A stretch of DNA of 64,000 nucleotides, from positions 1-64,000 of the IMG/VR virus record IMGVR_UViG_3300023296_000646. One strand, written 5' to 3'. Source of the DNA: a virus. How positions within the stretch are numbered: position 1 is the first letter of the stretch; each line of letters starts with the position of its first letter. Shown here in pieces: positions 19,924-28,331 of this stretch. A program made the translations under genes and the position numbers. The notes beneath the pieces were generated by a model. It was not told where the DNA came from, made no database searches, and saw nothing but the letters and a program-made list of their open reading frames with translations.

Positions 19924-20151
19924 ATGGGATACGTCCTATCTTATGGTGAGTGTGGTAAATGCGACGAAGGGTTTTCGTTTAATCCCACTACTGTCCCAAT
20001 TATTCAAACCGAACGTGGTGAACGTCTGCCAATATGTAGGGAATGCATAGAACGTGCAAATATAATCTTAGAAGCTATAGGTGCAGAACCGGAATATATA
20101 AACCCGAATGCATATTCATCTATAGACCCAAATACACTAAAGAAATGGTAG
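19924..20151 (+). CDS. Small Zn-binding hypothetical protein
   Basis: CGKC...CREC. Confidence 0.55.
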   Translation: MGYVLSYGECGKCDEGFSFNPTTVPIIQTERGERLPICRECIERANIILEAIGAEPEYINPNAYSSIDPNTLKKW

Positions 20152-20462
20152 ACGATAAACCAAGGAAAAAGATTACAAGATCTAGTCTTAAAAAATCTAT
20201 GCGGTTTGCTCTTAGAAAGCACAACGATCCATCTAACGTATTAACTGAAGATGAAAGTCTTTATGTTCTGCTAGAAATTATCGATCGATATGTTGAGCAA
20301 CAATTTAAAACCCATGGTAGAGAAAATGATTTTTTGACTAAAGATCACTATAGGCCAATGGTTTTAAATGGTTTAAGAGGGGCAATACATGATCATGGTC
20401 CCATTACTCCAGATCTAATTGGATCTGCTGTCAAGCGGATTGTTGGACAGATAGTTTGCTAA
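20145..20462 (+). CDS. Hypothetical protein (probable start ATG 20145 rather than 20043)
   Basis: The start overlaps the previous stop; C-terminal AIHDHGPIT...IGSAVKRI. Confidence 0.55.
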   Translation: MVDDKPRKKITRSSLKKSMRFALRKHNDPSNVLTEDESLYVLLEIIDRYVEQQFKTHGRENDFLTKDHYRPMVLNGLRGAIHDHGPITPDLIGSAVKRIVGQIVC

Positions 20463-21255
20463 CATAATCTGTTAGTGATCTTACATAGTCTTCAATATTC
20501 ATTTCGTAAAATCCACTTGAGTTGGAACAGTTACATTCTATAATGCTGTAACCTTCATTTGTAAGAGCAATGTCCATTGTAAATACATCATGAGGTGTAT
20601 AGATCTTACACATATCTTCTATAAATTTAATCATGCTATCTGGGATATCTGTTCCCGATTTAGATAGTTCATGATTTTCTCTGTATCTGGAACTTGCAAC
20701 TACCTTTCCGTTTACAACTTGGTTTCTCCATTCCTTTTTAATGGAGTATGCTTCATTGACCATAATTTTCGTATCAGGTCCCAATCCAATAATGTCATCC
20801 TTAAGAAGATTATTGTACCAACTTTGAATATCACCAAATCTTAGTACATCTCCAGCAAATGCCTTTGAATCGTCGTCAGGTCTAATAAACCATTGTTCGT
20901 CAATTGGTCTTTTTGAATTTGAAAATTCTTTAAATGTCATAAAACGTGGGTTATCTGAAAGCATATTTTTTCTTCCCCATTTATTCGCAAAATTTTCCAT
21001 ACTGAATTCGATTGGATCGAAAAATATACCAGGAGTGTCCACCTGTTCATTCAGGATGTTTGACATTAACGTAGTAGATCCATAGTAAATGTTTATCGCA
21101 TTGTCATCTACTGTATGTTTTGGTGATGTATGAAGAAATGGAATAACCTGTACCTCTTCATATTCAATACCCAATTTTTTAAATGTAATTCGTAATTTAT
21201 CCAGATCATTATCTGAAAGTAAATTACCTTGCATTATCCATCTAACTTTATTCAT
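20431..21255 (-). CDS. ATP-grasp domain protein, R2K clade (DUF4343-like)
   Basis: WFIRPDDDSKAFAG, EWR..VVNGKVVASSRY, FTMDIA, IIECN..NSSGFY. Confidence 0.8.
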   Translation of the reverse strand: MNKVRWIMQGNLLSDNDLDKLRITFKKLGIEYEEVQVIPFLHTSPKHTVDDNAINIYYGSTTLMSNILNEQVDTPGIFFDPIEFSMENFANKWGRKNMLSDNPRFMTFKEFSNSKRPIDEQWFIRPDDDSKAFAGDVLRFGDIQSWYNNLLKDDIIGLGPDTKIMVNEAYSIKKEWRNQVVNGKVVASSRYRENHELSKSGTDIPDSMIKFIEDMCKIYTPHDVFTMDIALTNEGYSIIECNCSNSSGFYEMNIEDYVRSLTDYVSKLSVQQSA

Positions 21256-21361
21256 AATTTTTATATACAGCTAAAATATCTCGCAGTGTTCCTTTAACGC
21301 GTCTAGCATTTTCCATAACAATTGATCTTCTGTTACATTATAAAAATGCTGGTATTCTCTT

Positions 21362-21562
21362 TTAAATTTTTGTGCGTCCATTTGTCTTTGTATATTTAGC
21401 GGTTCCACATAGGCATGTCATCCCATCCTCAATTTCAACTGTTAGGTGCTCCCCACATTCTCTACATTTTATTGAAGCTGTAATACTATCAGCCAACGTA
21501 TTATTAGAAGTACCTGATTCGTCTCTAAGTCTCAAATTACGTATTAATTTTTTATATCCCAT
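21362..21562 (-). CDS. Small Zn-ribbon-like hypothetical protein
   Basis: CRECG...CLCG. Confidence 0.45.
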   Translation of the reverse strand: MGYKKLIRNLRLRDESGTSNNTLADSITASIKCRECGEHLTVEIEDGMTCLCGTAKYTKTNGRTKI

Positions 21563-21867
21563 TATTTTGTATAAAGTTTTCCATCTTGTTCCAATGTTGC
21601 TTTTACTTCCATAGATAATAACCTAGAAGTAATAGTATTCCATTCAGTTTCATTTTCCTTATCATACGTACGAATATTCAGATTTGTATTTAATAAGTCT
21701 TCGGGTCTTGGACAACTAACACTCATTGCCTTATACGCAAAACTCTTCATAGTCTCTCTACTTGGCTTAATTGAATAGTATCCAAATACTATTATTTCAT
21801 CACCATCTTCTAGTGTTAAAATGTAACTACTAATATCAATCTTTTCTGGTGTTTCTAAAATGTTCAT
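21562..21867 (-). CDS. Hypothetical protein
   Basis: Coupled ORF in the accessory operon. Confidence 0.45.
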   Translation of the reverse strand: MNILETPEKIDISSYILTLEDGDEIIVFGYYSIKPSRETMKSFAYKAMSVSCPRPEDLLNTNLNIRTYDKENETEWNTITSRLLSMEVKATLEQDGKLYTK

Positions 21868-22057
21868 TTTTTTGTTGTTCTATTTCGCTTTTCATACATT
21901 GTGTTAAATGATCTATTAGACCCTTGTATTGTCTATACATTTTAAATGCACAGATCGGCTTTGTAAACCATTCCCACCATAGAGGCATCATACCCATTTT
22001 AACTCTTAGTTCACTAGCAGTCTCAATTGTCCATGTTGCTTTCAATTCTCGTTTCAT
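21836..22057 (-). CDS. Small protein resembling a major-capsid-protein segment
   Basis: RELKATWTIETASEL versus MCP KRLKASWTPEMAQDL. Confidence 0.55.
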   Translation of the reverse strand: MKRELKATWTIETASELRVKMGMMPLWWEWFTKPICAFKMYRQYKGLIDHLTQCMKSEIEQQKNEHFRNTRKD

Positions 22058-22251
22058 ATTCTTATAAACCCTTCAATTCTAGTTTCTGCTTCTGCTATTG
22101 TATCTTCTATTGACATATCTAATAGGTGATTAGCAACCTCTAACTTTCTCATTGCATCCTTTGGCAAATCACCAGTTGTTATGGTACAATACACCATAGG
22201 TCTAATCATTTGTTTACCATAGAATGGTGGAGCTACCATGCCTACACACAT
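22054..22251 (-). CDS. Hypothetical protein
   Basis: ATGA overlap with the next gene. Confidence 0.4.
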   Translation of the reverse strand: MCVGMVAPPFYGKQMIRPMVYCTITTGDLPKDAMRKLEVANHLLDMSIEDTIAEAETRIEGFIRI

Positions 22252-22276
22252 TAATATCGTCCGTTACAAGATTTTG

Positions 22277-22513
22277 TCATCTGTGTGATCCGTGATTTAA
22301 TTGTCTAGTTGTTATTTGAACGGGGTAATGAGAAATAGATTTTAATCTTTTATCTAAAGTTTCTATTACTGCTCCCATATCTCCATCATCTGGATTTTCA
22401 GTAATCATTGAAGATATTCCATGTTCTGCTAGAGTCTTATGTATCAAATATGCTATTGATGATTTACCTTTAGCAGTATCTGTATATACATAAATTTGTG
22501 TTGTGTTTTTCAT
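22277..22513 (-). CDS. Small hypothetical protein with degenerate P-loop-like motif
   Basis: IYVYTDTAKGKSSIAYLI. Confidence 0.45.
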   Translation of the reverse strand: MKNTTQIYVYTDTAKGKSSIAYLIHKTLAEHGISSMITENPDDGDMGAVIETLDKRLKSISHYPVQITTRQLNHGSHR

Positions 22514-22517
22514 ATTG

Positions 22518-22730
22518 TTAATATCCCCATGCGTATTGAATCATAATGCGCTTTGATGGTGTAAATGTAATTGGACTTATTACAATAGGTGATGTTGTAT
22601 ATCTAGAAATATAAATAATTTCTCCACGATGATCTCTATATTCAATTGCAAGTTCTTGGGCAGTTTTAGCATATAGCTCATACTCTTCATCAATTTTACC
22701 ATGAATATCTAACATGACTTGAGGTTTCAT
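22518..22730 (-). CDS. Hypothetical protein
   Basis: ORF packing only. Confidence 0.4.
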   Translation of the reverse strand: MKPQVMLDIHGKIDEEYELYAKTAQELAIEYRDHRGEIIYISRYTTSPIVISPITFTPSKRIMIQYAWGY

Positions 22731-22768
22731 TTTTTTCCACTTTAAAATTCTAGGTTTGCCTGCTGAAT

Positions 22769-22981
22769 CTAAAATGGCTCATCAGATGCATCTACTATTT
22801 TACATGGAACCCCTTCTGCTCTGATCATTTCAACTAACCGTTCTAGATCAAGTTCGTATTCGCTAGGCTCGTATGGTGTAGGTACTGTTTTTACGTCGCT
22901 TACAGCACTATCATTACCAAGCTTAGCCAATGGTGCAATTGGAAGCAAAGCTCCCATTTTTAATATGTCTCGTCTTTTCAC
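22769..22981 (-). CDS. Small protein with twin-arginine (Tat)-like signal
   Basis: MKRRDILKMGALLPIAPLA; GTG start preceded by AGGT. Confidence 0.5.
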   Translation of the reverse strand: MKRRDILKMGALLPIAPLAKLGNDSAVSDVKTVPTPYEPSEYELDLERLVEMIRAEGVPCKIVDASDEPF

Positions 22982-23040
22982 TGATTTACCTATTATGAAT
23001 TATATGTAACTAACGATATGTGGGTAAGTTTCAACAAAAC

Positions 23041-23070
23041 AAAAAAAGGGAGACCCGTTAGGATCTCCCT
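23041..23070 (-). terminator. Rho-independent terminator after major capsid gene
   Basis: Minus strand GGGAGATCC-TAAC-GGGTCTCCC-TTTTTTT. Confidence 0.9.
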
Positions 23071-23104
23071 CTTAATCTTTAAGTATTTATCTAATCAATT
23101 AAGA

Positions 23105-24715
23105 TTAAACTTGGTCCATATCACCAACGTATACTTTCCCGTAAAACTCTGGGCGAATCATTTTTTTAGCGTAACGGGTCATAACTCCCCTACGTGGTGT
23201 GAAGTTGGTCGGATCCAGAACAACAGGTGTTTGGATAAGTGGTACGTATGGAGCGTACACTGCACCTGTTTCCATGAATGAAGCGCCTTTATATCCCATA
23301 AGGATTACGTTTTCAACCATGTAAGGATTCTTGTAAACCGTATAACGGTTTCTAATTGTTCCTACAGCTTCAACACCAGCAGCAAACTGTGCTGAGTTTC
23401 CATCCGTATTAACATTGAATCCTGGAACTGATTCTAGAATCGTTGCTACATCCGGAGATGTTACAAGGAAGTTAGCCCCACCCTTCATCGTTAGACGATG
23501 GATGATATTAGATACCTTGTGCAATTTGATTCCTAGAGTGGCAAACCAAGTATTTTTCTGGTATGCTGACGCTGATGCTGAACTAGAATCCGCGACGAAT
23601 GCCGTTTGATCCGAATTGATTTCATAGCCAACCTTAGCTGACCAATATTCAACAGTCTGTGCACCCTTGATAAGCATATCAAGAATTTCTAGATCGATTT
23701 CTCTAGAGATATGATCACTAAGCAATGTAGTAAGCTCTGCTTCTGCGTCGATTGAGTGATACGCGTTCAAGTCTTGTGCCATTTCTGGTGTCCAACTTGC
23801 CTTCAACCTTTTGGTTTTCGCAACAATCTGCTCGCTACGTAGTTCCATATCAACCTGTGGAATTCCAAGGTCAGTAATAGTTCCAGTACCGTCTGATTGA
23901 TCTTCAAAGTCGCCACGGGTTGAATCCGTAGGCTGCACATGGTAATCAACAACTACTTGCGTAATTGGTGCTGATCCGGATACAATAAAGTAAACGTTTG
24001 TAGCGTCTACAGTAGTATATCGTGGATAGTAACTCTGAGCAGCAGCAAAATTTGATCCTGAGATTTCAAAAGCACGAATGCCTTCTAAGTCTGGACGTGT
24101 ATATCCTGATAGAGCTGAGGTAACTTTATGAAGTCTACCTGCTGCAGCAGAAGCTGAAAGATCTGCATCAAAGTTTACATCTTTCCAAGACGCCGTAGTG
24201 TCTGTAGGAGATGCAACCATTGTTACCTGTGAGTTGTTCGATGTATATCCGAAACGACCTGCATCATATAGACCACCAGTAGCAGTCTGTGTACGATTTT
24301 CTGCAAGACCTGTTCCACCGAATAGTGACGAGCCAGAATATGCAGGCTTACCTGCTTGGTTTGTCGCATACTTATAATCTAGATAAAAGATTAGTCCGGA
24401 TGGAAGATTCATTGGCTGTACTGATACAAATTCTTTTGCAGCAATTTCACCAAAGACGCGACGAACAAGCGGAAGAGCTACACCATTCCATTGTTCAGCG
24501 CCGTTGGAATTACCAACGTTTGTGGTTTCGTCAATCAATTGACGTGCTTGGTTTTCCAGAAGTACGGCCATACCACGAGCTTCGTAATCTGTTTTAAAGC
24601 CTTCTAGAAGTCCAGTTGGTTCCCATTTAGCCTTCAATCCGCGAGTTGCCTCTAGAATTTGTTGCTGAATGTTATTTGAACTTTCTAATAGTCCTTGAAT
24701 ATCTTGTGTATTCAT
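23105..24715 (-). CDS. gp23: Major capsid protein, T4 gp23 family
   Basis: LPLVRRVF, VSVQPMNLPSGLIFYL, LKASWTPEMAQDLNAYHSIDAEAEL, GAVYAPYVPL, PRRGVMTRYA. Confidence 0.97.
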   Translation of the reverse strand: MNTQDIQGLLESSNNIQQQILEATRGLKAKWEPTGLLEGFKTDYEARGMAVLLENQARQLIDETTNVGNSNGAEQWNGVALPLVRRVFGEIAAKEFVSVQPMNLPSGLIFYLDYKYATNQAGKPAYSGSSLFGGTGLAENRTQTATGGLYDAGRFGYTSNNSQVTMVASPTDTTASWKDVNFDADLSASAAAGRLHKVTSALSGYTRPDLEGIRAFEISGSNFAAAQSYYPRYTTVDATNVYFIVSGSAPITQVVVDYHVQPTDSTRGDFEDQSDGTGTITDLGIPQVDMELRSEQIVAKTKRLKASWTPEMAQDLNAYHSIDAEAELTTLLSDHISREIDLEILDMLIKGAQTVEYWSAKVGYEINSDQTAFVADSSSASASAYQKNTWFATLGIKLHKVSNIIHRLTMKGGANFLVTSPDVATILESVPGFNVNTDGNSAQFAAGVEAVGTIRNRYTVYKNPYMVENVILMGYKGASFMETGAVYAPYVPLIQTPVVLDPTNFTPRRGVMTRYAKKMIRPEFYGKVYVGDMDQV

Positions 24716-24728
24716 TGTTATTTCCTCT

Positions 24729-25739
24729 TTATGATTTAATGTTAGCTAATTCTTGGAATCTCGTACGCATGTTAACTTCTGAGATAATTTCTTTGTCTAC
24801 AGCTTTGGGTTTAGTCGATGCTATAGTCTTAGAACTTGATCCTTCAGAAATCTTAACGCGTTTGGCTACCGAATTAGGAAATGCTTTTGCTAAGGTTGCA
24901 TATACAAGCTTAACTTCACGTGTTGAATTCGCTCTGTCAAGAGTTTCAATAACTTGTGATTTTTGTGCATTGTCCATATCGAAAGCACGGAACAATTTAT
25001 TTGAGAATAAAAGTTTCGAATTTAAAAGATTCACTTCGTTGATTTTATCCTTAAGGAATATTACAACGTCACGATGTTCTTTTAAAGAAGCTTGAAGTTC
25101 TACCCTTTCGGTACGCAGTGTTTCAAGCTCTCGTGTTGAATCTTCTTTTTCTTCTAATTCTTCCGCTTCGTCTAGAGCACGTAAGATTTCGTCTAAGTCA
25201 AGGTCTTCATCATCTTCATCATCTTCATCATCTTCGTCTGCATCATCACTTTCGTCAACGGTATCGTCTTCCTCATCGTATTCGACTTCGTCGTCTTCAT
25301 CGCCATCGTTGTGATCTTCATTTACAGATTCATCTGATTCCAATTCTGCTATGATTTCGTCAAGATCAAGACCATCGTCATCATCTTCTTCGTCATCATC
25401 CCCAGCTTCGTCTTCGTCTTCGTTCTCTACTACTGCTTCATCTTCGTCAATCGATTCGCCTTCGTCGTCTGATTCTTCATCATCAACTACTTCACCATTT
25501 TCGGCTTTAGTCTCGTTTGCATTTTCTGATTTAGCTTCGTCTACTTCATCTCCATCCTCTTCATCATCACTTTCGTAATCATCATCATCCATATCATCCA
25601 TTTCAGCCTGTAGCTTTCTAGATAACATTGATTGGAGTTTTGGAGTAAAAGCTTCTTCTAATACCAGTTTGGCATTTTCAAGGGCTGTCTCGCGAACTAA
25701 CTTCGCTTCTGCAACAGCTTCCTTAAGCAAGTCACTCAT
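24729..25739 (-). CDS. Prohead scaffolding/core protein (probable start ATG 25739)
   Basis: Immediately upstream of MCP; long D/E low-complexity tract, coiled coil, C-terminal RFQELANIK. Confidence 0.8.
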   Translation of the reverse strand: MSDLLKEAVAEAKLVRETALENAKLVLEEAFTPKLQSMLSRKLQAEMDDMDDDDYESDDEEDGDEVDEAKSENANETKAENGEVVDDEESDDEGESIDEDEAVVENEDEDEAGDDDEEDDDDGLDLDEIIAELESDESVNEDHNDGDEDDEVEYDEEDDTVDESDDADEDDEDDEDDEDLDLDEILRALDEAEELEEKEDSTRELETLRTERVELQASLKEHRDVVIFLKDKINEVNLLNSKLLFSNKLFRAFDMDNAQKSQVIETLDRANSTREVKLVYATLAKAFPNSVAKRVKISEGSSSKTIASTKPKAVDKEIISEVNMRTRFQELANIKS

Positions 25740-25824
25740 TTGTTTCTCTTTTTCTCTGAAGCAATTAAGTGACTTCAATATAGATTTGTGTCGTGTTACA
25801 CTATAGTAATAGGTATTCGTTAGT

Positions 25825-25833
25825 TATAAGTAT
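25825..25833 (-). promoter_or_regulatory. Candidate late promoter ATACTTATA
   Basis: Upstream of the scaffold-MCP pair. Confidence 0.55.
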
Positions 25834-25864
25834 ACACGATATTAACAGAAAATTAAAATACTTT

Positions 25865-26086
25865 TTAATATTTTAGATTATTTGAATATTTTTTTGAACG
25901 CAGCTTGGAGATCGATCGCTCCTTGCGCTTCTTATCAGACGGTTTCTGAAATTCCATTCTCTGTTTGTATTCTAAGAGAATTTTGGAATTTTTTACTTTC
26001 TTCTTAAAAATAGATAGTGCTATGTCTAATCTACCATTTCTAACGGTCACACCAACACCGTTTCCTTTACTATAATGCTTTCCCAT
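25865..26086 (-). CDS. rpsU: Phage-encoded ribosomal protein bS21
   Basis: V.VRNGRLDIALSIFKKKV...ILLEYKQRMEFQKPSDKKRK matches the S21 pattern; basic, 73 aa. Confidence 0.88.
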   Translation of the reverse strand: MGKHYSKGNGVGVTVRNGRLDIALSIFKKKVKNSKILLEYKQRMEFQKPSDKKRKERSISKLRSKKYSNNLKY

Positions 26087-26131
26087 ATTACTTAACCTTT
26101 ACGTCCATTTATAAAACCTTCCAACTAATTG

Positions 26132-26461
26132 TTATTTATTTTTTCCAGTGAATACACTATCTTTAGATGCGGCTACGATATAACGTAACTTATAATACTT
26201 CTTTTCACCAGGAGTTAGAAGTTTGTTCATGCGTTTCATCTTAGCTTGGGCATCAGCATACTCTTCAAAGATATTTTCTCCATCAGGAACTTTTATTCCA
26301 GTAAGATCTCTTACGTTACGTATATTCTTCTCACCGATTGAACCTCCTGATAAGACTACTGCGAATTTCGTAACTGAGTCTACTGCTTCATTTAGCGATC
26401 CTAATTTCATTCCAGATGCTATCTGTTCTGATAGAAGTTCTATTGTTGTTTTAGTTTTCAT
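26132..26461 (-). CDS. Putative capsid-internal protein, leader type A
   Basis: N-terminal MKTKTTIELLSEQIASGMKLGSLNE shared with 26534..26848. Confidence 0.6.
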   Translation of the reverse strand: MKTKTTIELLSEQIASGMKLGSLNEAVDSVTKFAVVLSGGSIGEKNIRNVRDLTGIKVPDGENIFEEYADAQAKMKRMNKLLTPGEKKYYKLRYIVAASKDSVFTGKNK

Positions 26462-26852
26462 ATTATTTAATATACGATTTAATTACTTTTACGATACCAT
26501 CCGTAAGATCTAGGAAATCTATGTAATCTAGCATTAGTACTCGTTCATTATCAATCGAAAGAATTCTTCAGAAAGATTACTTTCGTTAAATTTTGCATTT
26601 GGTCTGGTAGGGTGATCATTAGATAAAGTTATCTGGTACCAAACTGTACTAGAAGTATTACCATTAGAATGGTACACAATTAGTATTTTAGTAACTTTGA
26701 ATGTACCACCTAGTGAAGTCTTACCCTTGTCACCTACAGTAATTTCTCTAGGTACTCCTTTAGGGTATGCAGCTTCGTTAAACGATGTTAATCTCATACC
26801 ACCTGAAATTTGCTCTGATAGAAGTTCTATTGATGTTTTAGTTTTCATATTA
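26385..26852. repeat. Two copies of an 81-nt direct repeat (26385-26465 and 26772-26852) encoding leader A
   Basis: tctgatagaagttctattg[ta]tgttttagttttcatatta is present in both copies. Confidence 0.85.
26534..26848 (-). CDS. Putative capsid-internal protein, leader type A
   Basis: MKTKTSIELLSEQISGGMRLTSFNE; payload resembles that of 52246..52542. Confidence 0.6.
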   Translation of the reverse strand: MKTKTSIELLSEQISGGMRLTSFNEAAYPKGVPREITVGDKGKTSLGGTFKVTKILIVYHSNGNTSSTVWYQITLSNDHPTRPNAKFNESNLSEEFFRLIMNEY

Positions 26853-27521
26853 CTTGATTACCCAATCTTTTGTTTTACCATCAAAGATCACATTGAAATT
26901 TCTGAAATGTGATTTGAATTGTTTTATCTTTGAATGTGATATTACATCCCATTCGTCTTCTCCACCGTCATCTGTATAATATACTAGCACGTCACCAAAT
27001 TTAGATGCCATTCCAAGTAGATTTTTAAACCACGCAGTTTTTGCTAATTTCTTCACATATGCTACATTTATTTCTGATATTCGTTCAGGACCACCATGAA
27101 TAATTCTTGCTTCTTCTAACGCATCTGCATGTTCAGACAAATCCTTAATTTCAAAATACCTTCCTAGAACATGTCCCATATCATCAAACAGGGCGTTCAT
27201 TCTATTTTCCAATTTGATTGCATCCTGAGATGTTTTAATGAATTCCTCGTTGAACTTCTTAAGTTCCTTCATATTTCTTTTTATTGTAACTTGATCAAAC
27301 CAATCATCGGCCTCGTTCATTGTAAACGCTTCTGCCGCATTTGCAACTGTTCCAAGTTCTTTTGCAATTTCAGATAATGAATGGCTGCGTTCTAATCTTT
27401 TACCATATTCTGCATATGTTGCAACTAGACGTAAAAAGCCGTTTTTAGCTTCTTCGCTAAGTACTGGGCCTTCTATATCCTTTAGTTGGGCTTCTGTTAA
27501 AAAGAAATCTTTTAAGTTCAT
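26850..27521 (-). CDS. Head-associated hypothetical protein (probable start MNLKDFFLTE)
   Basis: Follows the protease; helical core plus a C-terminal extension after LSE/LEE/ISE sites. Confidence 0.55.
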   Translation of the reverse strand: MNLKDFFLTEAQLKDIEGPVLSEEAKNGFLRLVATYAEYGKRLERSHSLSEIAKELGTVANAAEAFTMNEADDWFDQVTIKRNMKELKKFNEEFIKTSQDAIKLENRMNALFDDMGHVLGRYFEIKDLSEHADALEEARIIHGGPERISEINVAYVKKLAKTAWFKNLLGMASKFGDVLVYYTDDGGEDEWDVISHSKIKQFKSHFRNFNVIFDGKTKDWVIK

Positions 27522-27538
27522 CTTAGTTTCTCTAATTG

Positions 27539-28153
27539 TTATTGTAGTTCCATTAAGATATTTCTCATAATATCTTGTGATCTGCAATATTCGTTACACA
27601 TATATCGTTCTTCATCAGTGATTCCAACAGATTCATTTACCGGGGTTAGAAACGCCCCATGCGTGCTTGGATTTGATACGAAATCAAATGCAATTAGTTC
27701 AAAGTCGTCCTGAACTTCTAGTGTTCCTTCACCTAGTGGGCGTACTGATCCCATTCCCCTGCTACTAATACCCAATGTGATATTACTTTCAAACAATTTC
27801 TTAAGAATGTTTCCGCTTGGGGTTGGGAGAACCTCAATGGTACCAATAACATCATCACCTTTAAAATGAATCTCCTTTACGTTATGTGATACGTTTTTTA
27901 AGTTTACAACAGATGATTCCGGATGATCTAATTCACCAAGCGCATTTCTGTTAGATACAAAATTTTGGTGATACTTACGTACCTCTCTTACGAGAATATC
28001 TTTTGGATATATTCTTCCATTTTGATTTTTTGCGTCTGCTCTTTGAAGAACTCCGTTTACAATAAACATTCCATTACCATCTTCAGTAATAGCTTCATTC
28101 ATTGACTGAACTTCAAATTGAAACGGCATATATTCTAATAGTAGTTTTTTCAT
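27539..28153 (-). CDS. gp21: Prohead core protease, T4 gp21 family
   Basis: GVLQRADAKNQNGRIYP, ALGELDHP, VSH, LGISSRGMGS, DFVSNPSTHGA. Confidence 0.95.
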   Translation of the reverse strand: MKKLLLEYMPFQFEVQSMNEAITEDGNGMFIVNGVLQRADAKNQNGRIYPKDILVREVRKYHQNFVSNRNALGELDHPESSVVNLKNVSHNVKEIHFKGDDVIGTIEVLPTPSGNILKKLFESNITLGISSRGMGSVRPLGEGTLEVQDDFELIAFDFVSNPSTHGAFLTPVNESVGITDEERYMCNEYCRSQDIMRNILMELQ

Positions 28154-28157
28154 AGTG

Positions 28158-28331
28158 TTAAACCCATGTCCCCCTTTTCTTAAACAAATCGAAAAATATT
28201 GCTGCTATCTCCTTCCTAATAAACTTACGAAGTACTTCAAAATCAGCTGAGTCTAATTCCTCATTCAATAGTGAGTTACTAGATAGTTCTTCTCTAACTA
28301 ATTGTTCTATTTGAGTTTTAGTTATTTTCAT
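28158..28331 (-). CDS. 57-aa head-associated protein (not in ORF track)
   Basis: MKITKTQIEQLVREELSSNSLLNEELDSADFEVLRKFIRKEIAAIFFDLFKKRGTWV fills the gap exactly. Confidence 0.7.
   Translation of the reverse strand: MKITKTQIEQLVREELSSNSLLNEELDSADFEVLRKFIRKEIAAIFFDLFKKRGTWV

Noticed and set aside
25180-25600. Trinucleotide-like (tca/tcg/tct) repeats
   Set aside because: They are explained by the Asp/Glu-rich tract of the scaffold protein.
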